Origin: Anaerolineae bacterium | Lineage (GTDB): Bacteria > Chloroflexota > Anaerolineae > Anaerolineales > UBA4823 | DNA length: 64,000 nucleotides | NCBI GenBank assembly: GCA_037439525.1 | Contig: JBBIVW010000007.1 | Coordinates: forward strand, 13,302 to 77,301 | Direction: 5' to 3' | Shown: piece after piece, positions 1 to 10,126 of the stretch | How positions within the stretch are numbered: position 1 is the stretch's first letter | Layout of the letters: each line of letters opens with the position of its first letter | Translations under genes and position numbers: made by a program | Notes under the pieces: model-generated | What the model saw: only the letters and a program-made list of their open reading frames with translations | The model's database searches: none | Told to the model about the DNA's origin: nothing

Positions 1-771
1 CCGACGATGCTCGTCGAGGGGTTGGCGGTCTATCTCAGTGGCGGGCATTTCAAGCCCGAGCCGCTAATGCCGCGTGCTGCGGCGCTGTTGCCACCGCAGC
101 CAGGCTGCATTCCGGGCACACAGGCGTTTAGCCTCTCATTTCGGGAAGAAGACCTGGCGTTGTGTAGCCTGGGCTGGTATATTCCTTTCGTTGAATTGAG
201 CGATGATTTCTATTGGTCCCAGCATGAAATCGGTTATTTGCAGGCTGGGGCGCTGGTAGAGTTCATCGTGCAGACCTGGGGATGGGAGGCGTTTGAGCGG
301 TTTTATCGCCACATTCAAAGCCCACCCTCCGACAATGCCGAGGGTGAGGAAGCAGGGGCACAATACCGCGCCATTGAAGCCGCTCTGCTGAACCATTTTG
401 GCGTGCGCATGGAGGAGTTGGAAACGCAGTTCGTCGAAGCGCTGCAAAAGGAACGGCTTGAGGCGCGGTGGGTGGAAGATGTGCGCCTCACCGTAACGTT
501 CTATGATGCGGTGCGTCGCTATCAGCAATTGCTGGACCCCTCGGCATATTTTATGACCGCCTGGCTGCCGGATCGTAAAAAGATGCAGGAGCAGGGCATC
601 GTGGCGGATTTCCTGCGCCGGCCTGGGCGAATGGAGAACATCGCCCTGGAGAGCATGCTGACGGTGATCAACCTCAGCTTGCGCCAGGGATATTACCTTC
701 AGGCGGCGCACATGTTGGAAGTCGTGCAGGCGATGCTAGACGAGATCGAGGCGGAACAGCATTCTGAGTAA
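1..771 (+). CDS. C-terminal part of a hypothetical protein, peptidase MA/gluzincin-like (5' truncated by window edge)
   Basis: Frame is open from base 1. 'LVEGLAVY' and 'GYLQAGALVEFI' resemble the post-HExxH segments of peptidase MA-like proteins. The HExxH itself is not in the window. Confidence 0.5.
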   Translation, partial: PTMLVEGLAVYLSGGHFKPEPLMPRAAALLPPQPGCIPGTQAFSLSFREEDLALCSLGWYIPFVELSDDFYWSQHEIGYLQAGALVEFIVQTWGWEAFERFYRHIQSPPSDNAEGEEAGAQYRAIEAALLNHFGVRMEELETQFVEALQKERLEARWVEDVRLTVTFYDAVRRYQQLLDPSAYFMTAWLPDRKKMQEQGIVADFLRRPGRMENIALESMLTVINLSLRQGYYLQAAHMLEVVQAMLDEIEAEQHSE

Positions 772-1081
772 AGTCGTCCGGAGTAGCCCATGGCAAACGG
801 CGCGTGCGGATGGATTTCAGGGCTGGGCAGGGTAGTGGTAATGAAGCCCTTTTGGCAGCACGCGCTCAGGCACTCATGGTAGAATGGAAATGCATCCACT
901 TTTGTATTCACATCCCCTCGCTCGATTCGGCGAGTCTCACCAGAATCTGGTGCACACCTCTGGATGATTGCCTGCCATGGGTATAAAATATATATGGCAG
1001 AAAAAAATTGAAAACATGGTTCAGAAGCAAGCAGGTGTATTTTTTAGTCGGCCTGGCTGTATCAGGCTATGGAGGTAGAAA

Positions 1082-1969
1082 ATGGAGCAGCAGATAGGAA
1101 CTTTTGCAGTAAAAAAGGGCCTGGCGCAGATGCTCAAAGGTGGCGTGATCATGGATGTGGTTACGCCGGAACATGCGAAGATCGCGGAAGACGCTGGCGC
1201 GGTGGCGGTGATGGCATTGGAACGCGTGCCAGCAGATATTCGCGCCCACGGCGGCGTGGCGCGCATGAGCGATCCAGAATTGATATTGCAGATCATGGAC
1301 GCGGTTTCCATTCCTGTAATGGCGAAGTGTCGCATTGGGCATTTCGTCGAGGCTCAGATACTCGAAGCGATTGGCGTGGATTACATTGACGAATCGGAGG
1401 TGCTCACGCCAGCAGATGAGGAACATCACATCAACAAGCACAATTTCAAAGTGCCGTTCGTTTGCGGCTGCCGCAACCTGGGGGAGGCGTTACGCCGCAT
1501 TGGCGAGGGCGCGGCGATGATTCGCACTAAAGGCGAAGCCGGCACAGGCGATGTGGTCGAAGCCGTGCGCCATGCGCGTGCGGTGCTGGGTGAGATACGC
1601 CGCTTACAAAACATGCCTGCAGAAGAGGTGATGGCTTATGCCAAAGAAATCGGCGCACCCTATGAGCTGGTCATGGAGACGCGCCAACTGGGTAGGCTGC
1701 CCGTGGTGAACTTCGCCGCTGGAGGTATCGCTACCCCAGCAGACGCGGCGATGATGATGCAATTGGGCATGGATGGCGTCTTCGTTGGCTCGGGCATTTT
1801 CAAGTCAGGCGATCCACCCAGGCGTGCCGCCGCCATTGTCAAAGCCGTTACCCATTATCAGGATGCTTATATCCTGGCGGAAGTCAGCCGTAATTTGGGT
1901 GAACCCATGGTTGGCCGGCAGATTTCCGAGATTCCCCAGGGAGAGTTGATCGCTGGTCGCGGCTGGTAA
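1082..1969 (+). CDS. pdxS: Pyridoxal 5'-phosphate synthase lyase subunit
   Basis: [48 protein letters not shown]; GGAGG RBS. Confidence 0.98.
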   Translation: MEQQIGTFAVKKGLAQMLKGGVIMDVVTPEHAKIAEDAGAVAVMALERVPADIRAHGGVARMSDPELILQIMDAVSIPVMAKCRIGHFVEAQILEAIGVDYIDESEVLTPADEEHHINKHNFKVPFVCGCRNLGEALRRIGEGAAMIRTKGEAGTGDVVEAVRHARAVLGEIRRLQNMPAEEVMAYAKEIGAPYELVMETRQLGRLPVVNFAAGGIATPADAAMMMQLGMDGVFVGSGIFKSGDPPRRAAAIVKAVTHYQDAYILAEVSRNLGEPMVGRQISEIPQGELIAGRGW

Positions 1970-1982
1970 CGCAAATAGGGAA

Positions 1983-2585
1983 ATGAAAATCGGTGTACTC
2001 GCTTTACAGGGCGACTTCATCGAGCATATTGCCATGCTCAACCACCTGGGTGTGCAGGCAGTGGAGGTGCGCCTGCCACACCATTTGTTGGAACTGGACG
2101 GTTTGATCATCCCAGGGGGCGAATCTACCACCATTGGAAAACTGGCAGAGGCTTATCACCTCCTCGAACCCATGCGCCAGTTCGGCAGGCGTAAGGCGAT
2201 TTGGGGCACCTGCGCGGGAGCGATCTTTCTGGCAAAGGATATCCACCGTACGCAGCCCCTGCTCGGACTGATGGACATCACCGTTGCCCGCAATGCCTTT
2301 GGCCGCCAGGTGGATAGCTTTGAGATCGATCTGGAAGTGCCCGCCTTGCGGGAGGTGGATGCCAGTGCGCGTCCATTCCATGCCGTCTTCATTCGCGCTC
2401 CTTTGATCGAAGCGGTAGGAAAAGGCGCGCGTGAACTGGCAACCCTACCCGATGGCAGGATCGTCGCCGCCCAACAGGGCCACCTCTTGGCGACTGCTTT
2501 TCACCCCGAGCTCGTCGCTGATGACCGTTTTCACCGCTATTTTCTCAAGCTGGCAGCGGCATCAGCCACCCAGGTGAAGCCATGA
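1983..2585 (+). CDS. pdxT: Pyridoxal 5'-phosphate synthase glutaminase subunit
   Basis: GVLALQG, PGGEST, GTCAG, RNAFGRQ, FHPE; directly follows pdxS. Confidence 0.98.
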   Translation: MKIGVLALQGDFIEHIAMLNHLGVQAVEVRLPHHLLELDGLIIPGGESTTIGKLAEAYHLLEPMRQFGRRKAIWGTCAGAIFLAKDIHRTQPLLGLMDITVARNAFGRQVDSFEIDLEVPALREVDASARPFHAVFIRAPLIEAVGKGARELATLPDGRIVAAQQGHLLATAFHPELVADDRFHRYFLKLAAASATQVKP

Positions 2586-3544
2586 TCGCTCGGCCATTTG
2601 ATTGGAGAGATATCCCCCTCCTGGTGCGCTACCGCCACCAGGGAATCTTGCTGGATTCCGAGTCGGCGGTCACGCGCGGCTCACTGGTGATGCCCAACGC
2701 TCTGGCTTCTCTGTTTTCCCCGCCAGCGGGCGTGTTTACCTGCGTAGTGGATAGGGACGAGGGTGAAGGAACACCGCTCATGGGTCAATTGATCCATGTG
2801 CCAGGTTCTAAGTTTGCCCAGATGACCTATCTGGCTCCGCAGCAGGTATTGGATTCTCCTCTTACGCATGACTTGTTGGAGTACATGACGATGCTCTGCG
2901 GCGAGCGAGGTGCTTTGCGCCTGCTGGCTGAGGTTGACGAGAAGACGCCGGCGCTGGATACCTTGCGCAAAGCGGGTTTTGTCATCTACTCGCGTCAGCG
3001 CGTTTGGCGCCTGGGGGAACAAAAAAACACACTAGATCTCGCAAACACTCAGGAAGCGAGAGGGTTGCGCTGGCGCGTGGCAACTTTGCGGGAGACGCCA
3101 GCCATTCAGGCGCTCTATTCTAGCCTCGTGCCGGCTCTGGTTCAACAAACAGAGACTTTTGAAGCCGACAAAGCGCACGGGCTGGTGCTTTATGTGCAAG
3201 GTGAGCTGAGCGCATTTGTCGAATTGCGTTATGGCTATCGGGGCATCTGGGCTTTGCCGTTTATCCATCCAAGCGTGGAAAACCCCCTGCTATGCCTCGC
3301 TTCGCTTTGGCTGCAAATTCCTTATCGCCTGTCCCGCGCGCTTTATGTGTGTGTGCGCTCTTATCAGGCCTGGATGGAAGAGACCATGGAAGCCCTGGGG
3401 GCAGATCCAGGCCCTAAACAGGCGGTGATGGTGCGCCATCTGGCGGTACCGGCGCGCGCCGCACGCCTCATTGCTATTCCGAACCTAGAGGGTAGGCAGC
3501 CGGAGGTTACCGCGCCCATCGCCCACGTAGATATTGAGTTTTAG
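2582..3544 (+). CDS. Hypothetical protein, possibly degenerate GNAT fold
   Basis: 320-aa ORF with ATGA overlap on pdxT; 'ALDTLRKAGF' resembles the GNAT C-terminal motif. Confidence 0.6.
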   Translation: MIARPFDWRDIPLLVRYRHQGILLDSESAVTRGSLVMPNALASLFSPPAGVFTCVVDRDEGEGTPLMGQLIHVPGSKFAQMTYLAPQQVLDSPLTHDLLEYMTMLCGERGALRLLAEVDEKTPALDTLRKAGFVIYSRQRVWRLGEQKNTLDLANTQEARGLRWRVATLRETPAIQALYSSLVPALVQQTETFEADKAHGLVLYVQGELSAFVELRYGYRGIWALPFIHPSVENPLLCLASLWLQIPYRLSRALYVCVRSYQAWMEETMEALGADPGPKQAVMVRHLAVPARAARLIAIPNLEGRQPEVTAPIAHVDIEF

Positions 3545-3547
3545 AGT

Positions 3548-5143
3548 ATGAAACAACGTAAGATAACGGATGATTTACACGCCTTATTATCGGTGCTGCC
3601 GCCGGATATCGCCCAAGCAGTTCGACGCGAGGACGACAGCGATAACCTGCTGGAAGTGATTCTCGATTTGGGAAGGTTACCCACGGCGCGTTATGTCGAT
3701 CGCGAGATTGTGCTGAGCAGCATCGAAACCGACCGCGCGGATATTGATTACGTCGTCGAGCGCATTGGAGCGTTCGATGCGGATAACCGCGCCGGGTTGG
3801 AACGCACACTGCATCGCATTTCGGCCATCCGCAACCGACTTGGACACATTGTCGGTTTGACCTGCCGCGTCGGTCGCGCGGTGTATGGCACCACGGATAT
3901 TATTAAAGACCTGATCGAGAGCGGTAAAAGTCTGTTGCTGCTCGGGCGCCCCGGCATCGGCAAGACCACCATGCTGCGCGAAGCGGCGCGCATCCTGGCA
4001 GAGACCAAGCGCGTTGTTATTGTGGACACCTCGAATGAAATTGGCGGCGATGGAGATGTGCCTCACCCCGCTGTTGGCCGTGCGCGTCGCATGCAGGTTG
4101 CTCGCCCATCGTTACAGCACGAGGTGATGATCGAGGCTGTTGAAAACCACAACCCTGAAGTGATCGTTATTGACGAAATTGGCCGCGAATTGGAGGCAGC
4201 CGCGGCGCGCACTATCGCCGAGCGCGGTGTGCAGTTGATAGGTACGGCCCATGGCAATACCTTGGAGAACTTGCTCCTCAACCCAACGCTTTCCGACCTT
4301 GTAGGAGGCATTGAATCCGTCACCCTCTCGGATGAAGAGGCGCGTCGCCGCGGCACACAAAAGACTGTGTTGGAGCGGCGCTCTCCACCCACCTTCGATG
4401 TGCTCATCGAGATTCAAAGCCGCGATCGCCTGGCAGTGCACCGCGATGTAGCTGCTGCGGTGGATGCCCTGCTGCGCGGCTATCCCTTGCCTCCGGAGAT
4501 TCGCTCGCGCGTCGATGGAGAGATTCGTATCGAAAGAGCTGCGGAGCCATTTCGCCCCGGCATTGCCCGGCAGCAAGGCTATCGCCGACAGGGCGAGGGA
4601 GTGCCGCAGGTAGAGGCTTTCAAGGAGGAAGGTGCGTTTGAGGCGCGCGCAGGGCGATCGGCAGAGGGCGAGGCGCTCAACACCATGCGCATCTATGCCT
4701 ATGGCGTGGCGCGCAATCGCCTCATTCAAGCCGCGCGGCGCCTGGGAGTGCCTGTATTGCTGGTGGATGATGCCGGTGAGGCGGACGTCCTGGTGACTTT
4801 GCGCTCGTATTATCGTAAGCGCCAACGCACCCTGGTGGAGGCAGAACAGCGCAATATCCCGATTTACGTCTTGCGTTCCAATACTGTGACGCAGATGTTG
4901 CGCTTTCTCAGCGACCTGTTCAATTTGCAATACGATGTCAGCAGCGACGCCGCACTAACTGCAGTGGTACAGGAGACGCGCGCCGCAATCGAGGCGGTGC
5001 GCAATGGAGAGCGCTGGGTGGAACTCTCACCTGCATCGGCTTACATTCGCCGTCTGCAGCACCAGATGGCGCGCGAGGCCAACCTGGTCTCACACTCATA
5101 TGGGAAAGAGCCCAACCGCCGCGTGCGCATCTTTCGGGAATAA
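3548..5143 (+). CDS. Ycf45/SpoIIIAA-like AAA ATPase with C-terminal R3H domain
   Basis: Walker A GRPGIGKT, DTSNEIGGDGD, Walker B VIVIDEIG, R3H 'RRLQH...SHSYGKEPNRRV'. Confidence 0.9.
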   Translation: MKQRKITDDLHALLSVLPPDIAQAVRREDDSDNLLEVILDLGRLPTARYVDREIVLSSIETDRADIDYVVERIGAFDADNRAGLERTLHRISAIRNRLGHIVGLTCRVGRAVYGTTDIIKDLIESGKSLLLLGRPGIGKTTMLREAARILAETKRVVIVDTSNEIGGDGDVPHPAVGRARRMQVARPSLQHEVMIEAVENHNPEVIVIDEIGRELEAAAARTIAERGVQLIGTAHGNTLENLLLNPTLSDLVGGIESVTLSDEEARRRGTQKTVLERRSPPTFDVLIEIQSRDRLAVHRDVAAAVDALLRGYPLPPEIRSRVDGEIRIERAAEPFRPGIARQQGYRRQGEGVPQVEAFKEEGAFEARAGRSAEGEALNTMRIYAYGVARNRLIQAARRLGVPVLLVDDAGEADVLVTLRSYYRKRQRTLVEAEQRNIPIYVLRSNTVTQMLRFLSDLFNLQYDVSSDAALTAVVQETRAAIEAVRNGERWVELSPASAYIRRLQHQMAREANLVSHSYGKEPNRRVRIFRE

Positions 5144-5146
5144 GGC

Positions 5147-5782
5147 ATGTTTATTACTTTCGAAGGTCCAGAAGGCAGCGGCAAGACCTGCCATCTCGCC
5201 GCCCTGGCGAATTACTTGCGCGAGCAGGGTTATCCCATTCTGGCGACGCGCGAACCAGGGGGCACGCCCATTGGAGATCAAATCCGTGCCATTTTGTCGG
5301 ATGTGCACAACACGGATATGCGCCCGCGCACGGAAATCCTGCTTTTTCAAGCCAGTCGTGCTCAGCTGGTGGAACAGGTCATTCGACCGCATTTGCAGGC
5401 TGGCGGTGTTGTTTTGTGCGACCGCTATGCCGATTCTACCCTGGCCTACCAGGGTTATGGTTATCGCCAGTTCGAGCTTGAAAACCTGAAAACCCTGATC
5501 GAATTTGCCACCGCGGGCTTGCAGCCCGACCTGACCATCCTGTTGGACCTTGATGTAGAACTCGGCTTACAACGCAGGGCACAGGCGGGAGAATGGAACC
5601 GCCTGGATGCTTATGACCTGGAGTTTCACCGACGTGTGCGCCAAGGTTATTTGATCATGGCTCAGATGCAGCCCTGGCGCTGGCGTGTTGTGGATGCGAC
5701 CCAACCCCTTGAGGTGGTGCAGCAGCGCATTCGCCAGTTAGTGCACCAGGAGTTACAAGCCAGGCGCCCAAGCACCCCTTGA
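5147..5782 (+). CDS. tmk: dTMP kinase
   Basis: FITFEGPEGSGKT, TREPGGT, LCDRYADST. Confidence 0.97.
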   Translation: MFITFEGPEGSGKTCHLAALANYLREQGYPILATREPGGTPIGDQIRAILSDVHNTDMRPRTEILLFQASRAQLVEQVIRPHLQAGGVVLCDRYADSTLAYQGYGYRQFELENLKTLIEFATAGLQPDLTILLDLDVELGLQRRAQAGEWNRLDAYDLEFHRRVRQGYLIMAQMQPWRWRVVDATQPLEVVQQRIRQLVHQELQARRPSTP

Positions 5783-5813
5783 AAGGTTGGGATGGTGTAC
5801 AACCCCTCTCTCT

Positions 5814-6206
5814 TTAGAACTCCTCGTCCAATCCAGGTTCTTCCCCATTCGACCCTAAATCGGGCAGGGCGGCTTCGATTTCCTCTGGTGATTGTCCGGC
5901 TTCGAGCCGATCGACCACCTCGGAAAACTCTGGCCCCAGGTCTTCGCCCATTTCTTTGCTCATCTTGCGCATCATTTTTCCCAGCGCGCGAGGGTCATCC
6001 TCCAGACCATCTAAGGCGCTGGGATCGGTCAAATCCTCTAACATGCTATCCTCGGAGCGCGCAATGCGGATGCGCCCAATGCGTCGCTGCACGTTCTCCC
6101 CTCCGCAATGGGGGCAGGCGACGGCGCGCGTCCCATACTCGGCATAGCTCATATATTCTTCGAAGCGCTTTTTACAACTCAAACAGCGGTATTGATAATA
6201 GGGCAT
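5814..6206 (-). CDS. FmdB-family zinc-ribbon protein
   Basis: MPYYQYRCLSC...CPHCG with an acidic C-terminus; AGGAGG RBS before the ATG at 6206. Confidence 0.85.
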   Translation of the reverse strand: MPYYQYRCLSCKKRFEEYMSYAEYGTRAVACPHCGGENVQRRIGRIRIARSEDSMLEDLTDPSALDGLEDDPRALGKMMRKMSKEMGEDLGPEFSEVVDRLEAGQSPEEIEAALPDLGSNGEEPGLDEEF

Positions 6207-6332
6207 CCTTGCCTCCTTCTCACATGAGAGGGATTTTTGGAGTGCTGAAATTATAATCAACTCGTGAAAAGGTGCAACCCGCCTGACTGGTTTGGAGTTA
6301 GTCACGCCCGATTTGAAATGTGAGGTGAATTT

Positions 6333-6956
6333 TTGAGCGAAGACACAATTGAAGAGGTGCTTGTGCACCAGCCTCTGCTGGTGGTGATTTCTGGCCCTTC
6401 TGGTGTGGGGAAGGATACGGTCATCCAGCGCATGAAGGAGCGCCAGTTGCCGTTTCACTTCGTGGTTACAGCCACGACGCGCCCGCCGCGCGAAGGGGAA
6501 AGACATGGCGTGGATTATTTCTTCGTCTCCAGGGACGAATTTGCGGAGATGATCAATCAAGGCGAGTTACTGGAGTATGCCCTGGTGTACAACGATTATA
6601 AAGGCATCCCGAAACAGCAGGTGCGCACTGCTTTGGCAAGCGGCAAAGATGTGGTCATGCGCATTGACGTACAGGGTGCGGCTACCGTGCGTAAGCTGTA
6701 CCCACAAGCCTTGTTGATCTTCTTGCTGCCTCAAAGCGAGGACGAGCTCGCCGGACGCCTGACAGCGCGCAAAACCGAGTCGCGCGAAGATTTGAAGTTG
6801 CGCATTGCCACAGCGCGCCAGGAGATCAGACAGGTAGAAATGTTCGATTACGCGGTTGTCAACCGCCAATTCCAATTGGATGAAACGGTGGATACGATTG
6901 TTTCCATCATCTGCGCCGAGCATCACCGCGTCCATCCGCGCACGATCGACATATGA
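6333..6956 (+). CDS. gmk: Guanylate kinase
   Basis: ISGPSGVGKDT, TTRPPREGERHGVDYFF, IDVQGA. Confidence 0.97.
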   Translation: MSEDTIEEVLVHQPLLVVISGPSGVGKDTVIQRMKERQLPFHFVVTATTRPPREGERHGVDYFFVSRDEFAEMINQGELLEYALVYNDYKGIPKQQVRTALASGKDVVMRIDVQGAATVRKLYPQALLIFLLPQSEDELAGRLTARKTESREDLKLRIATARQEIRQVEMFDYAVVNRQFQLDETVDTIVSIICAEHHRVHPRTIDI

Positions 6957-7771
6957 ACCATATTTCAGAATCTCTCGACAACGCTGATCCCCCAACCGTG
7001 GAGCAGACAGGCCCTCCATCTGGGCAGCCAGTGCCTCCTTCAACCTCCACTCAGTGGGTGCGCGTGGAATGGAAGGGAAATCGGCCTCTGTTGGTTTATG
7101 CCATACTGGCATTAACGATCTTCGTTTTCCTGGTGCAGCAAGCCACGCGGATTTTTTTAGGCGTGGACATTCCCGCAGGGTTGGGCGCCAAAGTGAACGA
7201 AGCGATTCTGCAAGGGCAATTTTGGCGTTTGCTCACCCCAGCTTTGTTACACGGATCAGTCTTTCACCTGGGTTTCAATATGTATGCCTTGCATGCCATT
7301 GGACGGGGATTGGAAAGCTATTACGGACGCGGCCGTTTTCTGATGTTATACCTGCTTGGAGCGTTGGCTGGGAACGCCCTCTCCTTTGCCTTTTCCCCAT
7401 ACCCAGCCCTGGGTTCTTCTACGGCGGTTTTTGGCCTATTGGGTGCAGAGGGGGTGTTGCTGTACCAGAATAAAAAGTTATTTGGTGATGTCGCGCGTCG
7501 TGCTTTGAATAATCTCATCATGATCGCCGCGGTCAACCTCTTTATTGGCTTATCGCCAGGGATAGATAATTGGGGGCATTTGGGCGGTTTGCTCGGCGGG
7601 GTAGCCTTTGCGTGGATGGCAGGCCCGTTATTTCGTTTAGATGGCGTGTATCCCGATTTCTTCCTCGTCGATCGCCGTGGGCGTGATGCTGTATTGCGCG
7701 CAAGCTTATGGGCAGGGGCGGCGATTGCCTTGTTGGTGTTGTGGGGCATCTATCGAAATGGTTATTGGTAA
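6953..7771 (+). CDS. Rhomboid family intramembrane serine protease
   Basis: WRLLT, H..FNM, catalytic GSS and HLGG. Confidence 0.92.
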   Translation: MNHISESLDNADPPTVEQTGPPSGQPVPPSTSTQWVRVEWKGNRPLLVYAILALTIFVFLVQQATRIFLGVDIPAGLGAKVNEAILQGQFWRLLTPALLHGSVFHLGFNMYALHAIGRGLESYYGRGRFLMLYLLGALAGNALSFAFSPYPALGSSTAVFGLLGAEGVLLYQNKKLFGDVARRALNNLIMIAAVNLFIGLSPGIDNWGHLGGLLGGVAFAWMAGPLFRLDGVYPDFFLVDRRGRDAVLRASLWAGAAIALLVLWGIYRNGYW

Positions 7772-7780
7772 CGGAAGATG

Positions 7781-7817
7781 AAAAAGAGGAGCGCCCGCGT
7801 CTTACGGGCGCTCCTCT
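7781..7817 (-). terminator. Rho-independent terminator between convergent genes
   Basis: 13-bp stem AGAGGAGCGCCCG/CGGGCGCTCCTCT followed by a T-run on the minus strand. Confidence 0.8.
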
Positions 7818-7841
7818 CGCAGGATGGTCGTTTTCTAATCC

Positions 7842-8207
7842 TCAATTGAGGTCATCGTCGGAGTCATCGCTAAAATCGTCAAAGCCATACTCGACTTCCG
7901 CTTCTTCAGCAGGTAGACGTACCCATAGTAACAAAATCTGCCCCTCGGAGGTTTCTACACTGCGGGCGGCAAGGATGGGCAAGTGGTCTTCCAAGCCCTC
8001 AGCGTTGCGATATTCGAGGAAGATGCTCCCCTTTTTGCCCCAGGTACGATAGCACCGTTCCACCAAGGCGGGGCCATTGAAGGTGCGCAAACGCGTCAAC
8101 GCGACATCAAAGAGGGTGGGGGATTCGTTGAGCCCCAACGCCCAACCATCGTTTACCGCTTCGAAGGTCGGAGGTGGCCCTTCGATGATTGTAATCTTAT
8201 CGTCCAT
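7842..8207 (-). CDS. Hypothetical protein with acidic tail
   Basis: MDDKITIIEGPPPTFE...; GGAG RBS, upstream TATCAT -10, downstream terminator. Confidence 0.7.
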   Translation of the reverse strand: MDDKITIIEGPPPTFEAVNDGWALGLNESPTLFDVALTRLRTFNGPALVERCYRTWGKKGSIFLEYRNAEGLEDHLPILAARSVETSEGQILLLWVRLPAEEAEVEYGFDDFSDDSDDDLN

Positions 8208-8304
8208 AGGTTTTCTCCGCGGTGGAATGATACCATAGAACCCAAGTCTGGCGATACGCAGAATCCGCCTCTTCAGGCGGTATAATTTGCTTTGAGTTTG
8301 GGAA

Positions 8305-8676
8305 ATGGTCAAACTGGTCATTCTATTTGAACCGCCTGATGAGTTGCAGGCTTTCGAAGCCTCCTGGCAAACCTTCCTGCGCCAGGCAGAGCAAATGCCC
8401 GGCCTGAAAAAGGAAACGGTAAGCCGCGTGGAGCGTTTTCTCTATGGCGATCGAGCCGTGTATCAAATTCACGAGTTTTATTTCGACTCTATAAAAGAAG
8501 CGGAAGAAGCTATGGCTTCGCCGCAGGGCGTGGAGGCGGGCAAACTTTTGCAAGCGATGACCGCAGGTCGCTTTTCGCTCTTTTTTGCCGACCACAAAGA
8601 AGATGACCTGGAGAACATCCGCAGGCACACCAGAAAGGAGGGCGCCCCCTCAACATCTCATCGGGAACATGACTAA
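8305..8676 (+). CDS. EthD family protein
   Basis: MVKLVILF...QMPGL...EFYFDS...AMASPQG pattern. Confidence 0.75.
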   Translation: MVKLVILFEPPDELQAFEASWQTFLRQAEQMPGLKKETVSRVERFLYGDRAVYQIHEFYFDSIKEAEEAMASPQGVEAGKLLQAMTAGRFSLFFADHKEDDLENIRRHTRKEGAPSTSHREHD

Positions 8677-8886
8677 CCCTTGTTCATGGTTTGGGTTGGC
8701 ACTAAACTCACCCGAAAGCAGGGTGGTTGTTCTACTTTGGCTGCACGAGGCGGCGCAAATAAGGGGAGCGCCCATGTTGCTACACCGTTCTGAAAGGAAA
8801 CGCAGCCGGATGGTTCTCGCAGTACAGAGCTTTGTCGGCGGGTGGTATCTATTGTTTTACGAGGGTCCTTTTTAGAGGGTGATGAG

Positions 8887-9300
8887 ATGGGTAATGGAAA
8901 CGCGGAACTACGAGAGTATCGCCATCAGTTGCTGCAGCAGTTGATGGCTTCTCTGACACAGGTGAAAGTAGCCTCGACTGAAGCGCAAAACCACATGTAT
9001 TTGTCAGAGATGGAGGCGTCCTGCTCCGCGATTTGTTGTCTGTTACGCGAGCATGGCGTTGATCTGCCAGCCGGTTCACCCGAAGGAGACTCCGGGGAGA
9101 ACAACTTGTGGTTACTTTTTATCTCAAGGTTGCCATACCTGCTCCAGGAACTGCCTGCTGAAGCATGGAGTTGGACATGGCGACATACCCGGTTTGGTGT
9201 GCGCACCTTGCAGTGGTGGGTTGAAAGGTACCTGCTGCTGCAACGCGGCTGGTTATCTCAGCCACTTGATGTACCGGTCGAAACCAGTGATAATCCATAA
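8887..9300 (+). CDS. Hypothetical protein (DinB-like helical fold possible)
   Basis: 'LQELPAEAWSWTWRHTRFGVRTLQWWVE' resembles the DinB/YfiT C-terminus. Confidence 0.45.
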   Translation: MGNGNAELREYRHQLLQQLMASLTQVKVASTEAQNHMYLSEMEASCSAICCLLREHGVDLPAGSPEGDSGENNLWLLFISRLPYLLQELPAEAWSWTWRHTRFGVRTLQWWVERYLLLQRGWLSQPLDVPVETSDNP

Positions 9301-9323
9301 ATCACAATGATCAGGAGGTGACT

Positions 9324-10100
9324 ATGTCCACTTATACCACCATCGAAGTTGAGAGGCGTCAGCGCGTGGGACTCGTTCGACTGAATCGTCCGCAGGCGAT
9401 GAACGCGCTCAATAATGTCTTGCTGCGTGAGCTGGCGGATGCCTTGCTGGCTCTTGACCAGGACGAATCCATTGGCGCGATCGTGATTACCGGAAACGAG
9501 CGCGCTTTCGCCGCTGGGGCGGACATCAAAGAGATGGCCGACGCTTCGGCGGTAGACATGCTCGTACGCGATCACATTTCTCTCTTCGACCGCCTGCGTC
9601 AGGTGAAAAAGCCGCTCATCGCCGCAGTTTCGGGATGGTGCCTGGGGGGTGGCAATGAATTGGCGATGTCTTGCGACATGATTGTGGCTTCGGAAACGGC
9701 GCGCTTCGGCCAGCCTGAGATTACCATCGGGGTGATTCCGGGGGCTGGCGGAACACAACGCCTGACGCGCACGATTGGCAAAGCGCTTGCGATGGAGATG
9801 GTGCTCAACAATCGCACTTTGACCGCAGAAGAAGCGCTACATTTTGGCTTGGTGAATCGCGTTGTGCCCAAAGAAGCCTATTTGGAGGAAGCGATAAAGT
9901 TGGCGGAGGAAATCGCTGCACGAGCACCGCTGGCTGTGAGATTGGCGAAAGAGGCCGTGAATCACGCCCTCGATTCTTTCTTGAGCGATGGTTTGGCTCA
10001 TGAACGCCGGGCGTTCTATTTCCTATTCAGTACCCAGGATCAGAAGGAAGGCATGGCAGCTTTTATTGAAAAGCGCCAGGCGCACTGGAAAGGCATGTAG
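9324..10100 (+). CDS. Enoyl-CoA hydratase/isomerase (crotonase family)
   Basis: LNRPQAMNAL, AFAAGADIKEM, GGGNELAM, FGQPE, PGAGGTQRL. Confidence 0.95.
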   Translation: MSTYTTIEVERRQRVGLVRLNRPQAMNALNNVLLRELADALLALDQDESIGAIVITGNERAFAAGADIKEMADASAVDMLVRDHISLFDRLRQVKKPLIAAVSGWCLGGGNELAMSCDMIVASETARFGQPEITIGVIPGAGGTQRLTRTIGKALAMEMVLNNRTLTAEEALHFGLVNRVVPKEAYLEEAIKLAEEIAARAPLAVRLAKEAVNHALDSFLSDGLAHERRAFYFLFSTQDQKEGMAAFIEKRQAHWKGM

Positions 10101-10126
10101 CACAAGTTGATGAGAGGTGATTGTCC

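Noticed and set aside
4112-4930. Long antisense or alternative-frame ORFs (for example 4112-4930, 136-711, 53156-53701, 40642-41169)
   Set aside because: Shadow ORFs of well-supported genes with no motifs or RBS
8677-8886. Small hairpins, one with a GAAA-containing loop, resembling a c-di-GMP/c-di-AMP riboswitch
   Set aside because: Conserved core motifs are not recognisable; short stems are expected at this GC content
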